Positions 10,592 to 20,418 of a stretch of 64,000 bases of DNA are shown one piece after another. Location: positions 7,728-71,727 of the IMG/VR virus record IMGVR_UViG_3300032257_000009. One strand, given 5' to 3'. Origin of the DNA: a virus. Within the stretch, counting starts at the first letter, position 1. Each line of letters starts with the position of its first letter. A model generated the notes under the pieces. The model was not told the DNA's origin. It saw only the letters and a list, made by a program, of their open reading frames with translations, and searched no databases. A program made the translations under genes and the position numbers.

Positions 10592-10665
10592 GATAATTAT
10601 ATTCTTGGAACCTTTATTGCAAGTGACCGATAAATATAGTATGCTAATAAAATAAGGAAAACATT

Positions 10666-11175
10666 ATGAATAATAAAGACAACGAGCCTTCTGATTTCAA
10701 TGTTCTTATCGGAATTATTGATAAAAAGAAACAAATATTTAGCGGACTCATAGCCGAATTTAGGCTGGAACTGGAAATGATAAAGTCTCACCCTATATGT
10801 TCAGCTCCAGAATCACTTGTTCGTGACATTGAAGAACATATAAGAAATTACTGTATTTCACTCAGTCAGTGGGCTAGATTCTCAAAAATGCTACAGAGCA
10901 AGAATCCAAATCCAGAATTTCTTACAACTGAAGAGAGCGATGACATAGGGCAGAAATTTCAAGAAGCACTCGGTCATGATAAAAAGATGCTTGAATCATG
11001 GGAAAACATAAAATATGAAATAGATTCATGGAATGAGAGTATGCTAGAACTTGAGAGCATGATGAATAGCGTAGATTCTAGTGAAGATTTTACAGAAGAA
11101 GATTACTATGATGATTCTAGTGAAGATGAGGATCTAGGCGGGTTTTTTGCCGATGAGGATGAAGACCTTTACTAG
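10666..11175 (+). CDS. Hypothetical helical protein with acidic tail
   Basis: 169 aa; SD AAGGA. Confidence 0.6.
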   Translation: MNNKDNEPSDFNVLIGIIDKKKQIFSGLIAEFRLELEMIKSHPICSAPESLVRDIEEHIRNYCISLSQWARFSKMLQSKNPNPEFLTTEESDDIGQKFQEALGHDKKMLESWENIKYEIDSWNESMLELESMMNSVDSSEDFTEEDYYDDSSEDEDLGGFFADEDEDLY

Positions 11176-11188
11176 ATCGGAACGTTAT

Positions 11189-11965
11189 ATGCAACAATAT
11201 TTAGACTTACTTTCTTTGCTCTTGGAAAATGGAGAGCAAAAGGGTGATAGAACAGGAACAGGCACTATGTCTGTTTTTGGCCACCAGATGAGATTTGACT
11301 TACAGAAGGGTTTTCCTCTGTTGACGACAAAAAAACTTCACACAAGGTCTATATTGCATGAATTATTATGGTTTATTCAAGGTGATACAAATATAAAGTA
11401 CCTCCAAGACAATGGCGTAAAAATATGGGATGCTTGGGCTGATGAGAATGGAGACCTGGGCCCGGTTTACGGCAAACAATGGAGAGATTTCAACGGGGTA
11501 GATCAAATAGCCAATGTTTTGCATTCAATAAAGACGAATCCTGATTCTCGACGACATATTATTACAGCATGGAACCCAGTGGATGTCCCAAATATGGCGC
11601 TACCTCCATGTCATTGCTTATTTCAATTTTATGTAGTTAATGGAAAATTGTCTTGCCAGCTATATCAGAGAAGCTGCGATGTTTTTCTTGGAGTTCCGTT
11701 TAATATCGCTTCATATTCTTATCTAACCCATATGATTGCTTCTGTTTGCGATTTGGAAGTTGGAGACTTTATTTGGACTGGCGGAGATGTTCATTTATAT
11801 AACAACCATATAGATCAAGCTAAAGAACAATTAGCTAGAGAACCAAAAGAACTTCCAAAGCTTATTCTTAATAAGAGAGAATCTATTGAAGAATTTGAAT
11901 ATGAAGATTTTGAGATAACAGGATACGATCCAGACCCATCAATAAAGGCTCCGATTGCTGTATGA
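11189..11965 (+). CDS. thyA: Thymidylate synthase
   Basis: [41 protein letters not shown]-terminal APIAV. Confidence 0.98.
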   Translation: MQQYLDLLSLLLENGEQKGDRTGTGTMSVFGHQMRFDLQKGFPLLTTKKLHTRSILHELLWFIQGDTNIKYLQDNGVKIWDAWADENGDLGPVYGKQWRDFNGVDQIANVLHSIKTNPDSRRHIITAWNPVDVPNMALPPCHCLFQFYVVNGKLSCQLYQRSCDVFLGVPFNIASYSYLTHMIASVCDLEVGDFIWTGGDVHLYNNHIDQAKEQLAREPKELPKLILNKRESIEEFEYEDFEITGYDPDPSIKAPIAV

Positions 11966-12492
11966 TTTCTGATATCAAAATAAATATAATAGTTGCGGTC
12001 TCTAAAAATGGAGTTATTGGATTAGACAATAAACTTCCTTGGAGGCAATCTGAGGATCTAAAAAGATTCAAAAAACTAACTATGGGTGGCTCTGTTATTA
12101 TGGGAAGAAAGACCTATGAATCATTGCCTTCAAATCTAAAAGGAAGAAGACAAGTAATCCTTACTAGGGATATAGATTATTCTGTAGATGAAGATTCTAT
12201 AAAGGCTTTTTCTATTGGAGAGGCTCTTCATTGTGCAGTAGAGGGAAGGGATGATCGGGAAGTATGGGTCATTGGCGGTAGCGAAATATATAAAAACTTT
12301 TTACTAATAGCGGACAATATCTATTTAACAGAGATAGATTCGGATGTTGTTGGAGATGCTCACTTTCATTTACCAGAAGATTGGCAAATGATAGAGGAAC
12401 AAGCGTGTAAAGCGGATAATAGTAATCAGTATGATTATACTTTCCGACTTTATACAAGAATTGAACAAAGCGAACATGTTTATATTAGCTGA
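11962..12492 (+). CDS. folA: Dihydrofolate reductase
   Basis: [32 protein letters not shown]. Confidence 0.96.
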   Translation: MISDIKINIIVAVSKNGVIGLDNKLPWRQSEDLKRFKKLTMGGSVIMGRKTYESLPSNLKGRRQVILTRDIDYSVDEDSIKAFSIGEALHCAVEGRDDREVWVIGGSEIYKNFLLIADNIYLTEIDSDVVGDAHFHLPEDWQMIEEQACKADNSNQYDYTFRLYTRIEQSEHVYIS

Positions 12493-13003
12493 CATAGAAG
12501 CGACGTGCTGGGAACGGCACAAAAAAGTAGATGATAATGAAATAATAGAGATCGCCTTCCTCGTTTGTAATGTGAAAGGCGATGTTTTGTGTCGCTACCA
12601 ATCATTCGCAAAACCTGTTACAAATACAAAGCTTTCAAGATTTTGCAAAAAGCTTACGGGAATAAAACAAGAAGATCTTGTTGACGCAAGACCTTTGGGT
12701 GATGTTATATTAGAAATAACAGATATGATAGAAGACAGATTTGGTATTCCATCGCATTTTATATCATGGGCTTCATGGGGTAACTGGGACCCGATATGTT
12801 TAGGAAATGATTGCGAAAGACATAATGTAGACGTTCCATTTGGCAATCATATCAATCTGCAAAAATTATATGAAGACCTAAGAGGCGTAAATGTCGGACT
12901 AAAAGAAGCTTGCGAACTAGAAGGTTATAAATGGATAGGCGAGAGACATAGAGCCTTAAGCGATACAGAGAATTCTTTGAACATAGCAAAAATATTACTG
13001 TAG
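12476..13003 (+). CDS. DEDDh 3'-5' exonuclease (ERI-1/KapD-like)
   Basis: [29 protein letters not shown]. Confidence 0.88.
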   Translation: MFILADIEATCWERHKKVDDNEIIEIAFLVCNVKGDVLCRYQSFAKPVTNTKLSRFCKKLTGIKQEDLVDARPLGDVILEITDMIEDRFGIPSHFISWASWGNWDPICLGNDCERHNVDVPFGNHINLQKLYEDLRGVNVGLKEACELEGYKWIGERHRALSDTENSLNIAKILL

Positions 13004-13753
13004 TCTTTGCAGGGTTGATACATGGTTCTTGGCTCTTCTTCCAGTTTGACCATACCATTTACTATCTACAAGTTCTGCGGCGGCAGTTGCATAATCTTGA
13101 TTTTGGATAGCTGCTCTGAATTTAGGGAAACCATATATTCCTCTTGTTCCTAAATTATAAGTGAGATCAACTAATATTTGTTTTACTTCATCTGGTTGAT
13201 TGTTGAAACTAGGAAACACAGACATAGCAGCTTTTTCTGCGTTAGAGGCATCTATTGCTAAAAGCGTATCTATCTGTTGATCATTTAGAGATTGCTGGCC
13301 GCTATATATTGATTGGAAATCAAGACCAATTCCATTTATAATTTCTTGGGCATCGCTTCTTTCTAGATTAAAGCCAACGCCGATTGTTTTATGGCCTGTT
13401 GTATCTGTATAGACAGTGTTTCTTCTGCCTTCCCAATGTTCTATGAATGAAGAATAAGGATTAGATCTTGTTTGAGGCTTAGTTTGTTCGATAGGTTGTT
13501 GGTTGTATGTAGGCGAATATTGATTGACAAGCTCTTCGGGAGCATCCCTTACAATTTCATGAGCTAGAGATTCTGAGGTTCCTATATATTCTTTAGCCTC
13601 TTGTTCTGTTCTACCAGTTTGAGCAGCCCACAAGGATATAGCGAGAGCAATAACTCCCATTCCTCCACCAATTAGGGCGTTATTCTTTGCGCCTTGCCAG
13701 TCCATAGCTTCTTTTTCTAATTGTTGTATTTTTATATTATTATACCAAGTCAT
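12995..13753 (-). CDS. T4-type (GH24) lysozyme with WY..KEA leader and hydrophobic helix
   Basis: WEG....YTDTTGHKTIGVG catalytic E-D-T pattern, YNLG, SKWYGQTGRRA. Confidence 0.88.
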   Translation of the reverse strand: MTWYNNIKIQQLEKEAMDWQGAKNNALIGGGMGVIALAISLWAAQTGRTEQEAKEYIGTSESLAHEIVRDAPEELVNQYSPTYNQQPIEQTKPQTRSNPYSSFIEHWEGRRNTVYTDTTGHKTIGVGFNLERSDAQEIINGIGLDFQSIYSGQQSLNDQQIDTLLAIDASNAEKAAMSVFPSFNNQPDEVKQILVDLTYNLGTRGIYGFPKFRAAIQNQDYATAAAELVDSKWYGQTGRRAKNHVSTLQRLQ

Positions 13754-13757
13754 GCAA

Positions 13758-13787
13758 TATCTTTCGTCTGTAATCCATTATTCCCTT
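13758..13787 (-). promoter_or_regulatory. Putative phage late promoter (AAGG-N18-GAAAGATA)
   Basis: Directly upstream of the lysozyme gene. Confidence 0.5.
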
Positions 13788-13861
13788 CAATGCTCAGCAA
13801 ATTACAATATAGATAATATCGTAAAAAGTCGATATATAAGAAAAGTTCTTAGGAGATTATT

Positions 13862-14170
13862 ATGGATATTTATAGTACGTTGAAAATAAAAGCAATGAAA
13901 GAGTCAGTTGAAATCCTTGATTCTATTTTAAAGGCAACTTCTGATCCATCTAAGAAGATAACCGGAGAAGCTCTTAATATATATAATGATTTCAAGGAAT
14001 GGGGCTGGTTTGACCATTTTGATATCAACGACGAGTCGAACAGATGGATGTATATAACAATGATTTCTCAGATCATGTATAGGCATCTCAGATGGGAGCA
14101 TGAGAACCCAAAAACAGGGAAACAGCAACTTTCTAAGTGGGAAAGAGTTAAGGGATTAACTAATAAATGA
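13862..14170 (+). CDS. Hypothetical protein
   Basis: 102 aa; SD AGGAG. Confidence 0.6.
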   Translation: MDIYSTLKIKAMKESVEILDSILKATSDPSKKITGEALNIYNDFKEWGWFDHFDINDESNRWMYITMISQIMYRHLRWEHENPKTGKQQLSKWERVKGLTNK

Positions 14171-14478
14171 TTCTAATTTTTTCTATTCTTGCCTCATTTG
14201 GCGTTTCAATTCTTTTTGTAGAAAAAGGAGATGATTGGCCTGTGAGTAAATACAAGAAGGGCCTATCTCTTTTCTTGGACGAATTTCATCCAAAGGCGAG
14301 GGAAATGCTGGATTGTACGATATGTACGTCATTCTGGGCAGCCCTTATTATGGATGCCATATTATTTATATTTTCCGGAGGAAACTATTTTTTATGGCCC
14401 GTCACAGGATTTGCTGCGTCTGGTTTTGCTTGGATAGTCTACCAGTTGCTTGAGGCCCTTGATAACAATGGAGAATAA
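14167..14478 (+). CDS. Small membrane protein (DUF1360-like, CxxCxSxW)
   Basis: Three hydrophobic segments; LDCTICTSFW. Confidence 0.6.
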   Translation: MILIFSILASFGVSILFVEKGDDWPVSKYKKGLSLFLDEFHPKAREMLDCTICTSFWAALIMDAILFIFSGGNYFLWPVTGFAASGFAWIVYQLLEALDNNGE

Positions 14479-14480
14479 AA

Positions 14481-15524
14481 ATGGGATTTATGAATTATTG
14501 GATAAAAGACGTAAGAATTAACAGGCTTATTCTCTTGATTGCTTGTTTTGGGGTCTTTTCGTTTACCTCTCAAATTACAGGATGTAGTTGGTTGGGGCCT
14601 AGGCCTCCAAAGTCTGTTAGTGAAATCCCAAGCGTAGATGACGAAAGAAAGTCACTAGAAATCGTTGGCGACAATGTTGATGGGGTTAGCAATACTTTAG
14701 AAGGCAGAGCAGACCGCATAGAAGAAGGAACCAAGACTGTTAGAACGGTTTTGGATGACTCAGGCACTGATAGTTCAATAGTGAATGAACCATTAGAATC
14801 TATTGATGCAGAGGCTAATGGTCTTCGTAAAGATAAAGCAGAACTTGACGCTGCCGTCCTTCGTATAGGAGATTTGGAAAACTCTTTAGGAGCAGAACAG
14901 GAAAAGATAGAAGATATGACAGGAAACCTCGGAGATGCTCAAGCTCATATAGATGCATTAGAGGAAGAGAATAATGTTCTTAGAGATAAAACGAACCAGT
15001 TATTCAAAGAAAAAATGGCTTGGATAGGCGTTGTTTCCGTATTTGGAATAGGCGTGTCTGTTGTTCTTATATTCTTCACGAGGAGTAGCGCCGCAACAAT
15101 GGTTGCTCTTGGTTTTGCTGCAACGCTTGGTATTTCTATTGCTGTTTCATTATATATGCAACTTATAGCGTGGATAACCATATCTATCGTCGGAGTTGTG
15201 GGACTTGGCGTGATAGGCTATATCGCATATAGGAAATATACCGAAAACAAAACAGTAGATGAATTAATAAGAACAGGTGAAGTCACAAAAGATTACTTAT
15301 CTCAAGAAGCAAAGGATCATATCTTTGGTCGTGGAGCAGAGCCAGGAGTTGCTGATAGAATTCAGTCAAGACCTACGCAAGACATGATTCGAAGAGTGAG
15401 AGGTAATGGAAAGAAGACTTTCAAATTAGCTCAATCTACTCCAATGGTCCCAAGAGCTGCTCAAAGACCTTTGGTTGAAAATTCACTCTCACTAGAAGTC
15501 GAAGAAAAATCCGTAACTTATTAA
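14481..15524 (+). CDS. Putative lipoprotein with coiled coil and C-terminal TM helices (spanin-like architecture)
   Basis: Signal peptide ending ITGC, long heptad region, three TM segments. Confidence 0.55.
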   Translation: MGFMNYWIKDVRINRLILLIACFGVFSFTSQITGCSWLGPRPPKSVSEIPSVDDERKSLEIVGDNVDGVSNTLEGRADRIEEGTKTVRTVLDDSGTDSSIVNEPLESIDAEANGLRKDKAELDAAVLRIGDLENSLGAEQEKIEDMTGNLGDAQAHIDALEEENNVLRDKTNQLFKEKMAWIGVVSVFGIGVSVVLIFFTRSSAATMVALGFAATLGISIAVSLYMQLIAWITISIVGVVGLGVIGYIAYRKYTENKTVDELIRTGEVTKDYLSQEAKDHIFGRGAEPGVADRIQSRPTQDMIRRVRGNGKKTFKLAQSTPMVPRAAQRPLVENSLSLEVEEKSVTY

Positions 15525-15549
15525 TTCACCAACAAGCTAATTCGATTCA

Positions 15550-15558
15550 TGTTATAAT
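15550..15558 (+). promoter_or_regulatory. Extended -10 sigma70-type promoter of the sigma gene
   Basis: TGtTATAAT, a perfect consensus match. Confidence 0.55.
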
Positions 15559-15596
15559 GAATTTTTATAGTAGTGAAATTATCGCAGGAGCAAAAG

Positions 15597-16427
15597 ATGT
15601 CGAAAATTATAGATCTGGATTTAGAGAAATTGGAGAAACTTTGGGACGCATTTGATGAGAAAAAGAAAACTCACTCAAAAAGCGATCCAGAGTATATATC
15701 AATAAGAAATGAGCTGATGGTTGAGTATTATCCGTTTGTCACTAAGATAGCGGAGAGTATGGCTATCAAGCTTAGAGACATAACTGATGACGAACTCGCT
15801 TCTTTTGGTACAGAAGGTCTTATACAAGCTATAGAGAAGTTTGATAGAAACCTGGGCATAAAGTTCAAAACATATGCAATGTATCGAATAAGAGGATCAA
15901 TGCTTGACAATATAAGGAAAGCAGACTGGGTTCCAAGACTCGTTAGAAGAAAACATTCAAAACTAAATAAAGAGAGAATGAAATTCGAATCAGAAGCAGG
16001 ACGGGCCTTGTCTGATGGCGAGATGGCGGATAGAATGGGTATAACGATAGAAGAATTCAGCAAGATAAAGAAAGATTCAACTCCATCAAGCCTTGTCTCT
16101 ATGAATTCCAAATCGAAAGATGACCAGAATGAGGAATATGATTCTGTTTCAAACATTGCAGTATCAGATGATAAAGAACCTTTAGAATCTATACTTAGAG
16201 AAGAGATGTACAAAAAACTACTGGGTAAAAACTTTACTCCTTTAGAAAGAAAAATCATACATATGCATTACTATGAAGATTTGACTATGAAGGAAATATC
16301 AAAAGAAACTAGTTTTTGTGAGTCAAGGATAAGTCAGATGCATGCTGACATCATCAATAGATTGAACAGAAAGATTACCAGAAACCCAGAATATGCAGCC
16401 GATTTACAGAGAATGCTCAACATTTGA
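15597..16427 (+). CDS. fliA: RNA polymerase sigma factor, FliA/WhiG (sigma28) family
   Basis: GLIQAIEKFD..GIKFKTYA..RIRGSMLD..R..DWVPR; region 4 YYEDLTMKEI...ESRISQMH. Confidence 0.92.
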   Translation: MSKIIDLDLEKLEKLWDAFDEKKKTHSKSDPEYISIRNELMVEYYPFVTKIAESMAIKLRDITDDELASFGTEGLIQAIEKFDRNLGIKFKTYAMYRIRGSMLDNIRKADWVPRLVRRKHSKLNKERMKFESEAGRALSDGEMADRMGITIEEFSKIKKDSTPSSLVSMNSKSKDDQNEEYDSVSNIAVSDDKEPLESILREEMYKKLLGKNFTPLERKIIHMHYYEDLTMKEISKETSFCESRISQMHADIINRLNRKITRNPEYAADLQRMLNI

Positions 16428-16434
16428 GGAAATA

Positions 16435-17031
16435 ATGATGAAAATACAAACAGGTGACATCACTAAACTGCGTGAAGTCGATATAATAGTGAATGCGGCC
16501 AATGGCATTGGGGTCATGGGAGCAGGCGTAGCTGGCGCAATTTCTCGTTCGGCGGGAGACCTTTGGAGTAGCAACCTGAGGCAGTATTGTAAAGACAACG
16601 GACCCTTTGAACCAGGCAACTGTTATTCGAATGGCGATGCTGGTTTATTAAAAAGGAGAGACATACAAGAGGTATACCATGCAGTTACTATGAAATATCC
16701 TGGAGGACCTACAAAAATGGAGTATGTTATTGATTCAGTACATCAATGCATTAAAAGAGCCATTTCTGAAGGTAAGAAAAGTATAGCCTTTCCAGGTTTA
16801 GGAACAGGGATAGGTGGATTAGATAAAGAGGCTGTTGCTCATCGTATGGCAACAGAGCTAATGAACTATACAGATAAGATTGACATCCTTATCATAGATA
16901 GAAATCAAGATTTTATAAATCATTTCAAAAAGGCAACAGGTCAAGATGACAAGATAGAAGGAAACGAAAATCATGAAAACATTACAGACACAAGTTACAA
17001 AAGAGACAACAGCGCAATCAGCGAGACATGA
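16435..17031 (+). CDS. Macro domain protein (ADP-ribose hydrolase-like)
   Basis: GDIT, IVNAAN..MGAGVAGAI, SIAFPGLGTGIGG. Confidence 0.92.
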   Translation: MMKIQTGDITKLREVDIIVNAANGIGVMGAGVAGAISRSAGDLWSSNLRQYCKDNGPFEPGNCYSNGDAGLLKRRDIQEVYHAVTMKYPGGPTKMEYVIDSVHQCIKRAISEGKKSIAFPGLGTGIGGLDKEAVAHRMATELMNYTDKIDILIIDRNQDFINHFKKATGQDDKIEGNENHENITDTSYKRDNSAISET

Positions 17032-17647
17032 ATGCTTTCTAAGCAAACCTGTTCTTGTTTTGAATAGTGCATGGCAGCCAATCGAAATATCTTCAGTCCG
17101 TGAAACGATTTGTGAAGTAGTTTCAGAAGGTGCTAGCTTCTTGGACCCAGAAACTTATTGTCTACATGATTTTTCTTCTTGGATGGAATTGCCTCATATA
17201 GGGAATGCTTTTATTAGTATGACAAAAAGCAATAAGCTAAGAGTCCCTGAAGTTATCGTTCTAAAGAACTACAGCAAGACTCCTAAAAAGATAGTCAAGC
17301 TATCTCGTAAGAACCTTCTTATCCGAGATGGATATCGTTGTCAATACACTGGTAGAATTGTTACAGACAAGAGCGCAACAATTGACCACGTTATCCCTAA
17401 GCACCAAAACGGTGGAAATACTTGGGAGAACTTGGTTATCTCCAGTCTTGAAGTCAATGCGAAGAAAGCAAACAGAACGCCTAAGCAGGCTGGTCTTGTT
17501 CTTATGAAGAAGCCAGTGAAGCCAGAATGGTCTCCTGTTTATTCTAAATTTTCTGTAATGAATATCGGAAAAGGATACCCAGAGTCTTGGAGAAAATTTC
17601 TACCAAGTAATTGGGGCATAGATATCCCACAGGAAAAGAATAGCTGA
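16973..17647 (+). CDS. HNH endonuclease (McrA-like)
   Basis: VLVLNSAWQP, RDGYRCQY, TIDHVIP..GG..WENLV..N..KANRTP. Confidence 0.88.
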   Translation: MKTLQTQVTKETTAQSARHECFLSKPVLVLNSAWQPIEISSVRETICEVVSEGASFLDPETYCLHDFSSWMELPHIGNAFISMTKSNKLRVPEVIVLKNYSKTPKKIVKLSRKNLLIRDGYRCQYTGRIVTDKSATIDHVIPKHQNGGNTWENLVISSLEVNAKKANRTPKQAGLVLMKKPVKPEWSPVYSKFSVMNIGKGYPESWRKFLPSNWGIDIPQEKNS

Positions 17648-18334
17648 ATGGGGATAAAAAGACACATTAGGTATTCTTCTGTGAGAACACGGAATTCTGT
17701 CAAGGAATGGGCGGGCAAAATGAACGATATGCCCGCCTTTATCCTTGGCAATTCTCCGTCTTTGAATGACGAGAACGTTAGTCTGCTTGAACCATATTTT
17801 ACCATAGGCATAAATAGAGCCTTCTATAAAATAGATCCTACTGTTCTTTTTTGGCAAGATATAGAATTATGGTTTACTGAAAAAAAGAAGATACTCAAAT
17901 TGAATTCAATAAAAGTATCACGAGATATAGCGGACCCTATGAGCCGCTTTTTTCATTATAAAATAAAACCAGGAGCATTTAAGATTCCTGAGAATCCTAG
18001 TATTCTTCATGGATTTGGAACAACAGGTCCTCTAGCTTTTCAGTTCGCTCACGCTCTCGGGTGTAATCCTATTGTTCTATTGGGTATGGATTGTAAGGTC
18101 AGGGGTAACTCTACGGATTTCTACGGAAAGAACAGGCACCATAAACCTCATACGCTTAGCAATTGCGAAAAGGGTCTAAAATGGATAAAGAACAATGTAA
18201 CAGATAGAGAAATTATAAACTGTTCTAAAGATAATGAAATATTTGACTATCAAAGTCTGGAATCTGTCATTCAAAGATTGGGTCCAGCCAATGCTCAGAA
18301 TAGAGGCTATTGGGCAGGACGATTATCATGCTAA
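17648..18334 (+). CDS. DUF115/Maf/MptE-like glycosyltransferase-fold protein, paralog 1
   Basis: FILGNSPSL, TIGINR, ALGCNPIVLLGMD. Confidence 0.7.
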   Translation: MGIKRHIRYSSVRTRNSVKEWAGKMNDMPAFILGNSPSLNDENVSLLEPYFTIGINRAFYKIDPTVLFWQDIELWFTEKKKILKLNSIKVSRDIADPMSRFFHYKIKPGAFKIPENPSILHGFGTTGPLAFQFAHALGCNPIVLLGMDCKVRGNSTDFYGKNRHHKPHTLSNCEKGLKWIKNNVTDREIINCSKDNEIFDYQSLESVIQRLGPANAQNRGYWAGRLSC

Positions 18335-18984
18335 GAAAAAATACCCGTTTCCCAATAGAGAAATGGAAGAATATTTTAGACGGTGAGCCTGTGTTTATAT
18401 TGGGTAATTCTCCCTCTATAGGCAATGAGGATCTATCTGTTCTGGAAGACTATTTTACTATAGGGATTAATCGAATATACATGTTATTTGAACCGACTAT
18501 TCTTTTTTGGCAAGACAAGGGACTCTACCTTGATGGTGGGAGAGAAAGAGTGGATCAACTCGGTTGTGTAAAAGTATGTAGAGAGCAATGCGACCAAGAA
18601 AGAAGATATACAAATTTTAGAGTAAAGAGTGGACAGTACGCTTTTGGTAAAAACCCTAGTGTTTTACAGGGACATGGTTGTTCTGCTGCTATTGCTTGCC
18701 AGATGGCTGTTGCTATGGGATGCGGGAGTATTGTTCTTCTTGGCTGCGATGGCGAATACATAAATGGAAAAACAGATTTTTATGGTAAAAATACACAGCA
18801 CAGATCTCATACTTTACGAAATTTTACAAGGGCATATGACTTTATAAAAAACTCATGTCCAAATCAGGTTATAAATTGCTCTCAAAATAAGAGATGGCCT
18901 CAGCAATCTCTCGAACAGGTTATACAGGATCTCAATCCTTCACCCAAAGCAAAAGGACAGTGGCAATCTTTACTTTACAGTTAA
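18328..18984 (+). CDS. DUF115/Maf/MptE-like glycosyltransferase-fold protein, paralog 2
   Basis: FILGNSPSI, TIGINR, AMGCGSIVLLGCD; clearly homologous to the previous ORF. Confidence 0.7.
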   Translation: MLRKNTRFPIEKWKNILDGEPVFILGNSPSIGNEDLSVLEDYFTIGINRIYMLFEPTILFWQDKGLYLDGGRERVDQLGCVKVCREQCDQERRYTNFRVKSGQYAFGKNPSVLQGHGCSAAIACQMAVAMGCGSIVLLGCDGEYINGKTDFYGKNTQHRSHTLRNFTRAYDFIKNSCPNQVINCSQNKRWPQQSLEQVIQDLNPSPKAKGQWQSLLYS

Positions 18985-19000
18985 GAGTGAAACTATTTTG

Positions 19001-19009
19001 TGGTAGAAT
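19001..19009 (+). promoter_or_regulatory. Extended -10 sigma70-type promoter
   Basis: TGgTAGAAT upstream of the DHH gene. Confidence 0.45.
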
Positions 19010-19047
19010 AGATTCGGAAAACAGCGTTTCTATAAGGTAATTTACTT

Positions 19048-20154
19048 ATGACAAAATCAAATAAAGAATACGTAGAATATTTTCAAGACATAAAAGACAG
19101 CGATAGTCATATCGCAATTATTTGCCATAATCAACCAGATCCTGACTGTCTAGCAAGTGCTATGGCAATTGAATCTGTTGCTAAGCATTTTGGACTATCG
19201 TCTACTGTGTATTATGGTGGAGAGATATCTCATACCCAAAATAGGGTTATGATAAATGTTTTGAATATTGCAACACAAAGACTGGATGAAGAAGACGAAG
19301 AGATAGTCGCTTCTATAAAAGATAAAATAGAAAACAGCAAGATAGTTCTAGTGGATACTTCAAATTTCGGAAAAGAAAACTGTAGTTATATTTCAAAGTT
19401 TGTAGATAAAAATAGACAACCAGATCTTGTTGTTGATCACCACGATATGAATGCAGATTTAACATGCTCTTATATTCACGAGCTTCTAGGTTCATGTTCT
19501 ACTATTTTATACAAAGTATTGAAGCAAATGGAAGTTCCTATTACCAAGACTTTAGCAACCGCTATGTATTTGGGAATAAATACAGACACCGCAGACCTAA
19601 AGGCTGAAGGAACAACAGAGGAAGATATAGAGGCTTATGACGAACTAAAGTCTCAAATAGATTTAGAAAAATATCTTCAGATACTTAATTATCCGAAGCC
19701 ATTAGCTCTTGTGGACCTTAGAAGAAGAACTTATTCGACTTTGGAGATAGTGAATAACCTGGCTGTGGCCAATGTTGGATTGATTAGTCCGCAGCAACGA
19801 TCTCTATTGGCTGATTTGTGTGAAGAAATATTAGCTGTTGAATCTCTAGATACAGTTGTCATTATGGCCATTGTTGATGAAGGTATCGGCGGCAATAAAT
19901 TCTTGGTAGCAAGTTTTAGAAGTAGTGTATTGGCAATTAATACTAGAGACTTCATGACTAAGGTATTTGGGAAGAAGAATGCCGGTGGAAGAAAAGGGGC
20001 AGGAGCCGCAAGTATGAAGCTTGATACAACCTTTGCCACAGTGTTTGACAACATTAGGGCAACGCATAGTGACGGCAATCATTTGACAGAATATGCCAAC
20101 TTCCTTTTTGAAACATATGTATCGAAAATAAAAGAAGAAAAAGACAATACCTAG
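19048..20154 (+). CDS. DHH/DHHA1 phosphoesterase (NrnA-like)
   Basis: HNQPDPDCLAS, LVD, VVDHH, GINTDT, SFRS, AGGR..AGAA. Confidence 0.88.
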   Translation: MTKSNKEYVEYFQDIKDSDSHIAIICHNQPDPDCLASAMAIESVAKHFGLSSTVYYGGEISHTQNRVMINVLNIATQRLDEEDEEIVASIKDKIENSKIVLVDTSNFGKENCSYISKFVDKNRQPDLVVDHHDMNADLTCSYIHELLGSCSTILYKVLKQMEVPITKTLATAMYLGINTDTADLKAEGTTEEDIEAYDELKSQIDLEKYLQILNYPKPLALVDLRRRTYSTLEIVNNLAVANVGLISPQQRSLLADLCEEILAVESLDTVVIMAIVDEGIGGNKFLVASFRSSVLAINTRDFMTKVFGKKNAGGRKGAGAASMKLDTTFATVFDNIRATHSDGNHLTEYANFLFETYVSKIKEEKDNT

Positions 20155-20213
20155 TCAGTCTTGATTTTATATATTATCCCGAATAAGTATTCAAATCTTT
20201 TGGTGAAGGCGAG

Positions 20214-20243
20214 AAGGTTTGCTCTCTAAATGGTCGAATATAG
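20214..20243 (+). promoter_or_regulatory. Putative phage promoter (AAGG-N18-GAATATAG) overlapping a long palindrome
   Basis: Motif spacing matches the other copies; overlaps inverted repeat 20223-20282. Confidence 0.45.
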
Positions 20244-20327
20244 TTGTACGACTATGTTCATTAAAGTGATCGTTTTTAGAGAAGCAGCCAAATGTTAGAA
20301 GAAGCAATTTTTATAAAACAAATATAA

Positions 20328-20358
20328 CGTCGCAGAGATTTCTCTGTGACGCTTTTTT
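20328..20358 (+). terminator. Rho-independent terminator upstream of nrdJ
   Basis: CGTCGCAGAGA/TCTCTGTGACG stem followed by CTTTTTT. Confidence 0.7.
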
Positions 20359-20418
20359 AATGGATATTACATAACTATTTATCAGCAAAGCATATATGCA
20401 GAAACCAGGAGAGAGTAG

